Below, one piece after another: positions 1 through 11,166 of a stretch of 64,000 nucleotides of DNA. The DNA comes from Bigelowiella natans CCMP2755 (taxonomy: Eukaryota; Protista; Cercozoa): positions 62,001 to 126,000 of the forward strand of contig ADNK01000149.1 in assembly GCA_000320545.1 (NCBI GenBank), given 5' to 3'. The number at the start of each line of letters is the position of its first letter. The stretch's first letter is position 1. The translations under genes were made by a program, and so were the position numbers. The notes beneath the pieces were generated by a model. That model was not told where the DNA came from and made no database searches. It saw only the letters and a program-made list of their open reading frames with translations.

Positions 1-860
1 ATCATCAATGTTCGACGTCAGCGTGTGCCTGCACGAATGCAACGCTAGAACGTCTGGGGACGTCCATGCGTGGGTGTGCAACGCGCTCGAACACTCCGGT
101 CGATCGAGCCTGCTAGCCTGCAGCCTGCAACTTTCAGCATTTCGTGTTGCGTTTTGCGGATGACACGTGCAATGTTGTGATGCATGCTGGCATGTGACAC
201 GTGTCCCATTGTTGTGTCCATCATGAGTGTGTGCAACACGCAACATGATGCATGCAATGTGCATCCTGTTGCTGTGTCATTGTGCGGAAGCACCCCGCTA
301 GCCCGCACGTGAGCATCCCGCACGTGCATGAGCATCGAGTGGACGGACATCACTGCTAGACTGCGGGATCAGCAGGCACGCTGAGCACGTCTAGATCTGC
401 ACCTCGCTAGCACGTGCCATCCGACGTGCATGTTGCTCGATCCAGCCTGCTTGCATCACGCACACCGCTGCTGGATCGGACGTGATGCACTGACTTGCTT
501 CCACGTTGTTGCACGCAGCTTCTAGGCTTGCTAGCTTGTCAGCTTGCGTCCTCCCTAGTCACGCGCTGCACGTGCTCCTGCAACAGCTCTAGAGGTGGAC
601 AAATTGCAACACCTGCACGCAGTGCGTGGTGACCGCCAACAGTCGATTTCAAGATTTGTTGGAAATTGTCGATGATCAGGAAACGGCCAGTGTGGCGGAT
701 GCGCACAATTCACAATTGCATGCATCCAGTCCAACGCCAGCTGTCTGCTGTTAGTTGTTTGACGCTACATGCTATGTGTGAGCGTGATGCAAGACATATG
801 CATGCAATTCAGATCCATCACATCACAGAGCAGACTGGACGACGCTGATCATCACGCACC
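1..860. other. TpA-depleted, CTAG-sparing intergenic tract (degenerate repeat-like DNA)
   Basis: Manual count over 1-750: 10 TpA dinucleotides, all inside CTAG. Rich in TG/CA/CATG/CACGTG; no credible ORF. Confidence 0.85.
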
Positions 861-1049
861 GCACACCTGCGCTTCACTTGAGTCTGGCATCGCATGACAA
901 CAGAGTTCTTTCATGTGCATTTGCTATCATGGCTGTTGTGATACATGTAGTATCGTCATTGCTATTACTACATAGTGTTATTACTCGGCTTCAATTTCTC
1001 TACTCTATGAAGAGTTCTCATCCAGCAATCCGTCTATCGCAGGCACATC

Positions 1050-1616
1050 TTAAGGAGCTTTCAATGAGGGGGTTGGTTGGGACATTCTCTCCCGTCCAGC
1101 AGCAAAGTACTTAAATGCGTGGGGAATCAAGTCATCCTAGGTCATATATTGACACATAGTATCAGTACCGGAAGTACGAGAGTGTTATTGACAACGCAAA
1201 TTACTTTTCATCGCGTGAGTATGCAAGTTGTGTGTGTGTCCCTGCTTGCATGCGACGTGGTGTGTGTAGTAGTACCTTGAAGACGAATCCGACATCCAGG
1301 TCGAATTGTATCTCTCTCTCGATAACTCTGTAAGCGAGAAAAAGAGGAGAGTAGTTACATCAATGGACTGAAGGAGCACCATATGAAGAAGCAACGTAGA
1401 CCGGCAAACATCATGGTTGAAGGGGTAACAAAAATTGTAAAAGAGGAAAAATGGCTTCATTTAACTCAGTTACGCAGCAGCTGATTTGATCTCTCCTTCA
1501 CCGCTGGGATATCACGTTCATGTGCTCATTGTCATCACAATTAATATAAATGGTTGCTATAAGTACTGTCTGGTCTCAATCTCCTGGGCAGTTAACTCGG
1601 TGCCTAAGCACGCGCG

Positions 1617-1647
<31 letters not shown>

Positions 1648-1662
1648 ATACACACATTATAA

Positions 1663-1709
<47 letters not shown>

Positions 1710-2768
1710 TTTAGTAAACAAAGGGCCATAAATCAAAGAGTTCATGTGATGAATGTGGAGAATGTCATAGCATTAGTAGTAGTAATAGTAGTAGTAGTAG
1801 TAGTAGTAGTCGTTGGTACCTGGGGGAAGGGGGTCAAGAGACAGTGGTGAGAATAAATTGAAGAAGCTCTGCCCGACGGTTAAATCCCTGCGCCGTGTCA
1901 AAGGTAAGGTTTGGATGTTTGGTTAACCCAATGCAATTATATGAAAGCTCCCGACCCAAAAATGGGTAAAGATACTGCAATCGCAGGGTGTAAAATGTAA
2001 ATACCTTTCAATATGCTAACGATGATTTTGAATCACTCGCACTTTTGAATTTTCTCACCACTATCACAGTTGTTATCATCGCTGTACATATCACTTCCTA
2101 CTACCACCACCACCAAACGCCACTAGGCGCCCATACTATCACTACCTCGTCTCTGTGCCGTTCTTATACTTCCTCTTCACTGTCATAATCGCAGGATCTT
2201 GCATCGCCTTCCACGACACCTTTTGGAGCAACAACAACGACGACATATCTATCAGCGGGAAAGCAGCAAAAAATGATGGAGACGGGGTAGAGCAGGAGAA
2301 CATTGAGAAACTTAATCAAAATCTTCCTCTCTAGTATGTTTGGTGTATTGATCGTCGGGTAGAAGAACAACCATCTCCCCCCACAACCGTCTACATGTTT
2401 CGTTTTTAACTGAATAGTATTTCTTTTTACCCTCTCAGGAAGGCTCTTGATCTCTTTCAGTATGTTCTGGCCCTGTAGTCATCGTCGATGGATGGGAAAT
2501 CACCAACGACGCCGCATTGAAGGAGCAAGATTAGCGTGAGGAGGCGGCAGTAACAGAAGAGAGAAGGGGAAAGAGAAGGAGAGGAGGAGGGGGGGGGATA
2601 GATCCGTTGCAAGGGAAATGTTATGCTCTAAATCGTCTAAAACTCTGTGACTGTGTGTGTGTGCGCGCGCGTAAATACCAGTAAATAGACAAAACGAATT
2701 CATTGAGTGCAATTATTAGTTTCTTGTTTCATTGCTGTGGCTGTGGATAGCTTCTTCCCGCTCTCCTC

Positions 2769-2800
<32 letters not shown>

Positions 2801-5275
2801 GATACTATCACCACTACTATATCATGATTATTATGAGGACAACCATGGAGACTTTCTCCTGCATAACGTAAGCCTTTACCAGCTCCGTATCGACCATATA
2901 TGGATTTGGCTCAAATTGGAAGGTTAGCTGAAGGAAGAGTAAGGTAGTAGTAGTAGTAGGAGGAGGAGGAGGAGGAGGAGTAGTGATGTTGGTGAGTGTG
3001 CGTGCTGTAGTCCTTGCATCTGATGTTGTTTCTGTGTGGTTGTACATGCATTCAACTTGCACGAAACTCTTCGATTATTACTAAAATACCTTGAAGCCTT
3101 TGATGTTATTTGGTAAGAGGGAGGACTTCACGTCGCGCAGGTATTCTGAAGGAAGGGGCGATAAGAATGGTGTTGGCAACGACGAGTGATAGCGATGACG
3201 ATCATATGATGACTGTTATGAGTTTAAGCCAGATCAAAATACGTTGAATTAAATCTTAGTTTATTCTCGCACACACACACACACACACACATATTCGTTT
3301 ATACACTTTCCAGAACTCATTCTCGTTTACAACTCCCCCACATCCACATCTCTCTCTTTCTTTCCCTTCCATATAAAACCGCACCGCCTAGAACCTAAAA
3401 TCTTGAGGTCTTTCTTGTTGAGAAGCTGAGAGAAGGGCGGGAGGATAGAAGCATGATGACGATAAGGAGATTGCAGGAGCAGAGAGCAGAGAAGATTGCA
3501 ATAAGCTCAGCTTGTGAGAAGCTGAGCATCGTCTATTGCTATTATGCGAGTAGTTTATATAGTAGCTACTACATACTGATAAATATGCACTACTTAGTTT
3601 CTCACTGCTGCTACTACTACTACCTGGCCGATTGTAGGGTGGGAAAGCATGACAGTCTTCCAAAAATCTGATGGTGGTGGTGGCGGTGATCGTGATGTTA
3701 ATAATCATCACATCTTCCTACGTCAAGATACAAACTACGGCTGAGCATGCATCATCACAAGCACAGATGGTCTTCCTGATTGTTTTCCATGAATGCTTCT
3801 TGTACGCCCATTTTTTTTGCTGAACGTCTACCTTTAACTGGAGGAGTCTTGGGTGCCCCGCGTTGAAACACGCCTTTGTGCACAAGTGTACTCCTTCGCT
3901 CATGCTCCTTCTCGAACAACGGCTGCCAGACGCACACAGCGACGACGATGATAACAAAATTAGAGGAAAAGAACCACAACAACGACGACGTGAGCGCAAA
4001 ACGGAGCCTCACACATTCGCAATCATGCATCATAGATGTCTCTCTAGATCTGTCCAACAAGCACTATCTTCGATTGTGCGCAACCATGAATCGGCGCTCC
4101 AGCTGCTCTGCCTCCTGGAAAAAACCCTGCTGCAGCTCCTCGTACTATCAAAGAAAGTCATCGTGGAAGATAAGATGGGTGAACTAGCAGCAGAGAAGTA
4201 ATATCAAAACGAAGGAGTACAACAGAGCAGATGAAAAGTGGAGAGAGAGCTCTCCTGCTCCCTCCCTTGCCCGATCATTTACGACGGACCTTATCCTGCA
4301 GTTGTCCAAGCACCTGCAGACGATTCCTCAACTCGGGAGGGATCTAATAATGACGACGGTATGACGAAGATTATGTTTGCAATGATGCTCAAATGGTTCT
4401 GAAGATGAAGTAAATGTTGCATGTTCTTCTATGTACGCATCCACATCTGGGATTTTGTTGCAAATCACTCGTCGTTGTCTTACACTGAGGATGACGCTAC
4501 AATACATGTCCAGTACACTACCCGTGCCTGCGCAAGTTCTGCCTCGTCTAGCGGTTCCCAGCACTCCTGCTTTGATGCTGACGACGACGATGATACCCTT
4601 TTGTCTCCCTCTCCGGACGATGTTGATGTTGATGAGGATGATGGCGGGACGTCGCTCTCCTTGTGTAATCGATTTTTGATTGCACGAAAAGGTGCGGTCA
4701 CCACTCGTGTCATTGCTCGAAGCAGGTTACCGATTGCAGACAATCCTATTTGTGGATTTGGGGGAGGGAGGGAGGGGGAAGGAGGAAGGGAGGAAATTAG
4801 AACCCACACTCTCCACGACTCTTCTCTTTCTCTCATGTGTGCGTGCGTGCGTACGTGTGTCTGTGTATGTTTGTGCGTGTACATAGTTGCATGCATGTAA
4901 GAAATTACCTCTTTTCCCCGCTCGAATTGGGTGTAGACCTCGCTGCAAGTCATCCGTACGGTGCGCCTTTTATCACATAGACGATTCTTAGATGATATGG
5001 TTGTCGATGCAGGGGAAAGGAGGGAACTCAACAAGAAATTCGTTCGCATGCTCCTGCAGAAGGACTGAGTGGCGCTCACACATTTAGCAGGAGTTGTGTC
5101 GCTGTTCATAGCCTTGCAGCTCATTATTGAGCACAGCAGGCCGACACTCGCATAAGAACCCTTCTATTTTTCATCATCGGAATCATCGTGCCTTCCTCAC
5201 CCTTTCGTTCAATGTCACAGAAGGAAGCAGCACTATAGTGGCAGCAGCCAGAATGGTAAAAGTCCACATCGCCAT
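1050..5275 (-). CDS. Nucleosome assembly protein (NAP1/SET family histone chaperone) with signal-peptide-like N-terminal extension, multi-exon
   Basis: Spliced exons read IPPELRNRLQVLGQLQDK / YEELQQGFFQEAEQLERRFM / PLFEKEHERRSTLV / DFWKTVMLSHPTIGQ / LLNKKDLKILEYLRDV..GFK / LTFQFEPNPYMVDTELVKAY / VSWK / SFFNLFSP / FDLDVGFVFK / DDLIPHAFKYFAAG..*, which are the NAP motifs in order. First exon MAMWTFTILAAATIVLLPSVTL (5275-5201); the exons linking it to the domain are less certain. Confidence 0.9.
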
Positions 5276-5464
5276 ACGCCATGTCCCTCTCCCCCTCCTC
5301 CGGATGCGAGCAGCAGGAGCCCGGGTGGGGTGTCTGACCGGCTCCATTTACGTCGAGGTTTTGCGTGCTTTTGTTCTTTGAAGTTTCGAAAAAATCTTAC
5401 GAAGTTTTACGGACTAAAAATAGTCTAAGTCGATAGATTCAAATGGCGATGACCTTTTTGGAAT
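5276..5464. promoter_or_regulatory. Putative bidirectional promoter (NAP / ASCH)
   Basis: About 190 bp between divergent predicted start codons. Confidence 0.5.
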
Positions 5465-7015
5465 ATGGTCTTGTCGCAGTGCGAAAACGCAGGGTACTTG
5501 TTGGACGTCTTCAGTCACTCAGATCGACGTGACCGTCCCCTCCCCCTTGATCGAAGAAGATGCAAGCAAAGCGTCATCAGAGGATGGATGATAAATATCC
5601 CTTTCATTCCAGATGCCCCCGGTTATTTCGTCTCCCTGAGGGAGCAGGTGTATCGCGTTGGATGAATACCGTCTGGTTTCTCCTCATTTTGTATGGGGGT
5701 GAAAATTGCAATGCAGCTACCATAGTTGTTACGGGGCCCTTGTCTAAAATCGGATGCCTCAAGGAGTCTCCACAGATATCGTACCGCCAACATGTTCGAT
5801 CCCCTCATCTTCAGAGGATGGTCAGGCTGAAATGTAATGAGAAAAAAGAGATGGAGACTTTAAGGTACCTTTCCTGCGAGGAAACTGCAAGCGTGTTAAG
5901 CAAGTATATATTTATATATATTTATACATATTTATTTGTTTCAGATGCTTCACAATGAGCCAACCTTTCGCAGCGCTGCTCATGAACGGTTATAAAACCA
6001 TAGAGTCTCGAAATCATCCTATGTTCGAAGGAATTACGGTGATCAAAGCTACATAATAGAAAGCCTAGTGTTACTGCTGAAATTAAAGAATAACCATCAC
6101 ATCCACCCGAATAGCTCGTAACCAACTGGATGTATTCGCCAGGGTTCTGTAGCGCTCCATGTTGGCCGTAAAGATTGGCCAGACGACACGTGAGCATCAA
6201 AACTACAAATCATGGAGTCTCTATTATTAACTTCCGAAAGTTTCCGCGACTATACGACAGATGTCGGGAGATCTTATCAGACTGGGGGATGGACGATAGC
6301 CAAATCAAAAAGTGCATGGAGCTTCCAAACGGATTCAAAAGGTCGGATCCATATACAGATTGTCCGTCATTATCAAGGGTCTTCACTATACTGTTTTGTC
6401 AATACATCAGGGGCGATGTCGTTGGGATTGTTGAGGTACGATAAAAAGAAGAAAAACCCCGTCTCCTCCCTGACTCATCAGCATTGTTCTAGTTAGGGGA
6501 TACTTTCTTGAGATCACAAGGGCATATAAATGACCGCGGAATGCAGCGCAGAGTCTGTGCAGGTACCAGTTCCTTGAGAAAAGATGAAAATAATATCAGA
6601 TTTCAGAGTACGCATTTTCGCGAGGTGATTTTGTGGCTGCGACACAATATGTAATATCAGAAACATTCAACAGTCCCACGATTTTTGAATCTCTTGACAA
6701 GTTGTGACAGTAATATCTCATCATCGTGTATACCAGATGCATGTTAATTAATACGCCATTATGTACATTCTAGGGCCTTCAGGTATGGGCCGCTATCTTA
6801 CACCGATTACGTCTGCATCATACTTGAATCGTCCTTTCAAAGCAAAGGGGCAGCCGGTAATGACCTATGCGTGCGTATTGAGCTGGGACTGCTCCAGTCA
6901 GCAATAATTTGTGAACGAAAATGATGGATATTAAAACTGAATACCATGGTATATCGTCGGTCATCCTTAGGGGGTTTGGAAGGTCGAGCTACCTCGCGAT
7001 ATCTTTCCGGAGTAG
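5465..7015 (+). CDS. ASCH-domain protein (EOLA1/CXorf40-like) with long N-terminal leader
   Basis: Exons give CFTMSQPFAALLMNGYKTIESR (ASCH GxKxxExR motif) / GSVALHVGRKDW / GDVVGIVE / LGDT / RYLTPITSASYLNRPFKAKGQP / GVWKVELPRDIFPE*. Start codon tentative (5465 or 5662). Confidence 0.88.
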
Positions 7016-7390
7016 ATGCTATCGATTCGTTGGATATGCATGCAGTGTACATAAATGTAGCATAACGGTTTACTTATAGAGCTGCATGATACCTCCTATC
7101 ATGTAAGAGCGTCTAGTAGAATGCACGCAACATGCGAACAGCTGGAATGAAACAGCTATCGAGCAGTTTTTCCTCCTTTTTTTTTAAATGTACATGTATG
7201 CTTATGGTAATATGCCTTCGGGCAGGACAATGTCTATATACACTGCATGTGTTTATTATGTTATTAAATTGTACGAGCGTACTTCATATTCGTTCTAAAT
7301 AAAATGCAGATAAACATCATCCACTACGACTATTTTTTTTTGACCCAGCTGTATCAATTTTGTGCAAATCATGAATTCCAATGCCATGTG

Positions 7391-7508
7391 AGACGGATGT
7401 AATGAAGTGATTAATCTTTCCAATAGTCATCCTAATGTAGCTGTACAAAGCAGCGGCTACAGCGCTTAGGTTGTGTCTATTTGTCTCGTCTATTGTGTGT
7501 TTCATGCA
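7391..7508. repeat. Dispersed repeat, copy A (paralog at 32070-32190)
   Basis: Shared blocks agacggatgtaat / caat(a/g)gtcatcct / gcagcggctacagcgct / tgtgtttcatgca in the same order and orientation. Confidence 0.8.
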
Positions 7509-8160
7509 TTTAAGAGAATCTGCATCCTGTCGTCGATGTCCTGCGGCACGCGCAGTGGTCTGTGCCTCTTTTTCGTCAGCTTCAGTCAGTCGTTTCGTCT
7601 CATCGTTTCGATTCATGATGGCATTCAATTGATTGTGCCATGTGAAACCATTGTGCAACATCAGGTGCATAGCCTGTGGTGAGCCATGCAATTTCATTTG
7701 TGGATGTAGCTATTTTTTGATGTATGCTATGTAGCTAGATAGCTAAATATCATTTCAGTAGCCGTGCTTATGTGATAGAGGCGGGATCAAAGTGCATTAA
7801 ATTATTATTCTCAGCATGCCTAAATTGAACAAGGACAGATGCATGAAAGTTCGTGAACAGTTAATGCTATAGTCATTTATGTCTAAATGCGTAGAAGTGC
7901 TAAGCACGCGCAAGCACTTATACTATCAAAAGTCAACACCACCAGATTATGCTAGTGAACCTGTTTTTTCGCTATTTCGGAGTTGGCATGCCAGTTAGTA
8001 CAATCAGAAGGATTGATTTAAGTGCATTTAATTATGAAATTGCGGCAACCAATTTGATGAGTACGCACGCAGCATGGCTCACGATTCAAGATCTAGAAAG
8101 GCGTATCCTGCAACTATATTCTCATAATGCAATTATTGCATCCTGCTGAATGATTTCTGT

Positions 8161-8630
8161 TTATGAGACTTCGTCGCTCTGTCTTGTAGATTTGAAGCAG
8201 CTTAATCGTGTCCACGAATACCAGTGGAAGACGGAAGATACAAGGATAATGCAAAATACGGAAGGCAATCGTCGACTTCTTGGAGTTTTGCTGTATGATT
8301 TCTGTGTAACTTCTTTCTCAATTCTGGTGAATGGAAGTATCGCCACCGCCATCGTAGCGAGGGAAAGAATTGCGAATATGAATGCTGACTTGATTAGACG
8401 TCGACGAACATCAATGGCTTTGTTCGTACGAGGGCTGGAAAGATGGCTGACAAGAATAATAATTATACCAGGAATCAGTCATACCAAAATTTATGTGTGT
8501 TCATTGTTCACACACACAATATATATTGCACATGTGTATCATACGCGCGCGCGCGCACACACACACAGAGAGAGAGAGAGAGAGGGAGAGGGGAGAGAAA
8601 GAGAGAGAAAGAGAGGGAAAAACAAAAAAA

Positions 8631-8679
<49 letters not shown>

Positions 8680-10439
8680 TGTGCGTGTGTGTGTGAGTGT
8701 GGAATAAGTCTCTCTTTGTCGCTCTCTGCTCTAGTTCTTCCTGTCATTAGATAATACTAGAAATGCAAAACAATGCAACTGGCACAGACGAGTAAAGATT
8801 TTTTTTGGGAATTTAAAAAATGATGCTTTTACCTCTTTCTGGTTGAAAGCTCCTCCGCAATATTGCCCATCTTTATTGCATCCCATCTGCTCTGTGGTGG
8901 CAAGATTTTTGGTCCCTCCTCCGTGAGGCCCTGTTTTGATATCGCTACCTCTTTACTTTCTAAATCCCCCTGAAAGATGTTGCTGCTATCGCGTAAAGCA
9001 GGTCCAGAAGAGCAGCCTACGGTAAAGGAGTGCTCTGTTGTTGTAAGCATGCTAGAATCTCTTTCACATCTGTCGATATCGTTGTGAGAAGCTGTATTCT
9101 CTCTGTCCTGACCGATCTTCGTCATTTTGGGCTCTTGAAGCACCTGGGGAGCATCTCGCCTCTTGTCTCTCTCAATCTTCTGCATTTCTATGGACTGCTG
9201 GTTCGATGTAACATTGCTGTAAAAAGAATCGTCGTCTGGCTTCGTTACTCCCATCTTCTGTTCCCCTCCCTTTGCCTTGCTATAGACAACCGCTTTAAGT
9301 CTAGGCAATGAGATGGCTACTTTCGAAGCTTTAGAGATTTTTTGTAGATGTGCCCATGTCGCAATGAGTGTGATACAACAATCACTCAAAAAGCACGCCC
9401 CCAGCAAGCCAACCCCTAAATGAGTAGATTGTGGTTCATCCGATACAGTACGTCAAGAAAGGATAGACGACGAAGAAGAACAAAAGATATCGTGCTAGTA
9501 AACACAAAAATATTACCTATGGATCGCAGGTAGTAATTTGGCCATTCTTTGTTAAACATAAGGATCAAGCCTGAGGATACAGCTTGTATAGCTATTAGCC
9601 ACGTAAATTTAATCTTCTCATTTCCCCAAAAATTGCTTGTTTTCTTGTTGCATGTGGTTTTCCAGACAATCTGTCATGAACCACAAGATATACGTTAATG
9701 TCCTACTCATTTCATTATTATTCCGGTTATTTTCTTCTTTGTTTGTTCTAATTACGGTCATTAGATGGTGCATTAAAAGTCCGGAGATTATTGCGAGAGA
9801 CTGCCATATAACAAAAAAAAATGAATGATCAATCGAGACGACAGAACGAAGAGCCTGAGCCATATGCAACCCCATATTCATATAGCAAAGGTGCACATGC
9901 GATAATCTAGGTAGCTTCGAAAATGAAATACTGATTTAGATTAAGGGACCAAACCTGCATCGTTCCGCCCACTATCGTCACTAGCTGCCATGGTGCTTTG
10001 AAGAACAGAGCGGAGGTGTACAATGCAACTGCTACACCAGTGCTTCCTATCATTCTGAAATAATGTGAGAGGAAAAATTCAACCGGTACTATATTCTCCA
10101 TCATGGAGAGGATAATGATAGGATGAAGCCAACGTACATCTGCGCATTTCTTTTCACTAAATTCGGATGATGACGGTCTGCAGCTTGGAAGAAGGCCACT
10201 AAAGGCCTGTAAAACTCCTATCCCTTTGCACCCATACACATTTTGTTAGCTGAAGCATTGATAGTCTTTTTTAATTAAGTTCTTTCTGTTTCCCTCCGAT
10301 CATCATCATCATCATCGCCATCATTATCATTATCATTATCAACACCATTATTGTCGTCGACATCATCGTAGTCGTCAAAACAAAAATTTCGATGAGTTTT
10401 ACCCATTCCAGCGATGAAGAACAAATTTGCCACTTCCAT
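8161..10439 (-). CDS. Seven-transmembrane (GPCR-like) protein with long loop between TM5 and TM6
   Basis: Seven hydrophobic segments across spliced exons: MEVANLFFIAGMGIGVLQAFSGLL; MIGSTGVAVALYTSALFF; LRSVV/SLAIISGLLMHHLMTVI; WLIAIQAVSSGLILMF; IGVGLLGACFLSDCCITLIATW; then a long hydrophilic loop; RRRLIKSAFIFAILSLATMAVAILPF; LPSVFCIILVSSVFHWYSW. The 5' end may extend upstream. Confidence 0.7.
8543..8700. repeat. Compound intronic microsatellite (CG)n-(CA)n-(GA)n-An-(TA)n-(TG)n, representative of dozens in the window
   Basis: Directly visible. Similar compound arrays at 1610-1705, 14355-14447, 30535-30625, 42955-43015, 51210-51325 and 61165-61222. Confidence 0.95.
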
Positions 10440-11166
10440 TATCTGTTCGAGCCTATGATGGGGATGGTGATAATATCAATGATGATGATAATGATAATGA
10501 GAATGATGATGCCACTTATGATCATGATCATCATGATCATCATGATCATTAAACAGATGCCAATCAGAGTTCGACTGCACCTTCTTGACGGCGCCCTCCA
10601 AGCTGTTGATGTGTACAAATGGTATTGAGGGTTGACCGATTTATGTTAATACGAGGTCAGAAAAGAGCTGTTCCTCCTCCTCCTCTGGTCATGAGTCAAA
10701 AAGTGTGAACGCGTATGATCGCTGCTTGTGGCCTCCTGAACCAGACCACAGATACTTAGGAACTCCTGGAATCCATGAAAATGTGCGAGGTCCGAACGCG
10801 GATCCGTGTTAACATGTAACGCAGTTTCCCTCGGAAAGAAATGTGAGAGAAACAGCCTTGAATTAACACCTTGCGGCATGGATTATTCTCAGCCGCACTC
10901 GAGAAGACAGATAAGAACAACAAGTCCTTGAAACGAAACCAGGCAATTTTTTTATCATATGCGTCGTCCAGGTTCCCTGCCTCAGAGATAGTTTCAAGGG
11001 ATTTGGTTTCTGCGATATCTACAATGTGATGTCGCATAGGGGAAATTTTATTCTACAAGCCTGAGAAAATGAAATTAATAATTCGGTACGTAGACGTGTT
11101 GCAAAAGTGTTTGTTTCGGAATTTGGTATTATCCGACTCCCTACATTTTTCTTCGGACGAGGGAGG

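Noticed and set aside
1-750. CpG-methylation decay or classical RIP as the cause of the TG/CA excess
   Set aside because: CpG remains abundant and TpA, the RIP product, is the missing dinucleotide.
1-860. ORFs 45-353 and 666-848 (likewise 32273-32473, 43636-43818, 44129-44335) as genes
   Set aside because: H/M/C/A-rich translations are a by-product of TpA loss removing TAA stops; no motifs or splice structure.
8443-8754. Many ORF-track entries with poly-HT, YI, CV, RE, S or D runs
   Set aside because: They are translations of intronic microsatellites or antisense shadows of real exons.
10450-11040. Additional gene or 5' coding exons upstream of the 7TM gene
   Set aside because: Short ORFs with no recognisable motif and no consistent splice phase; left unannotated.
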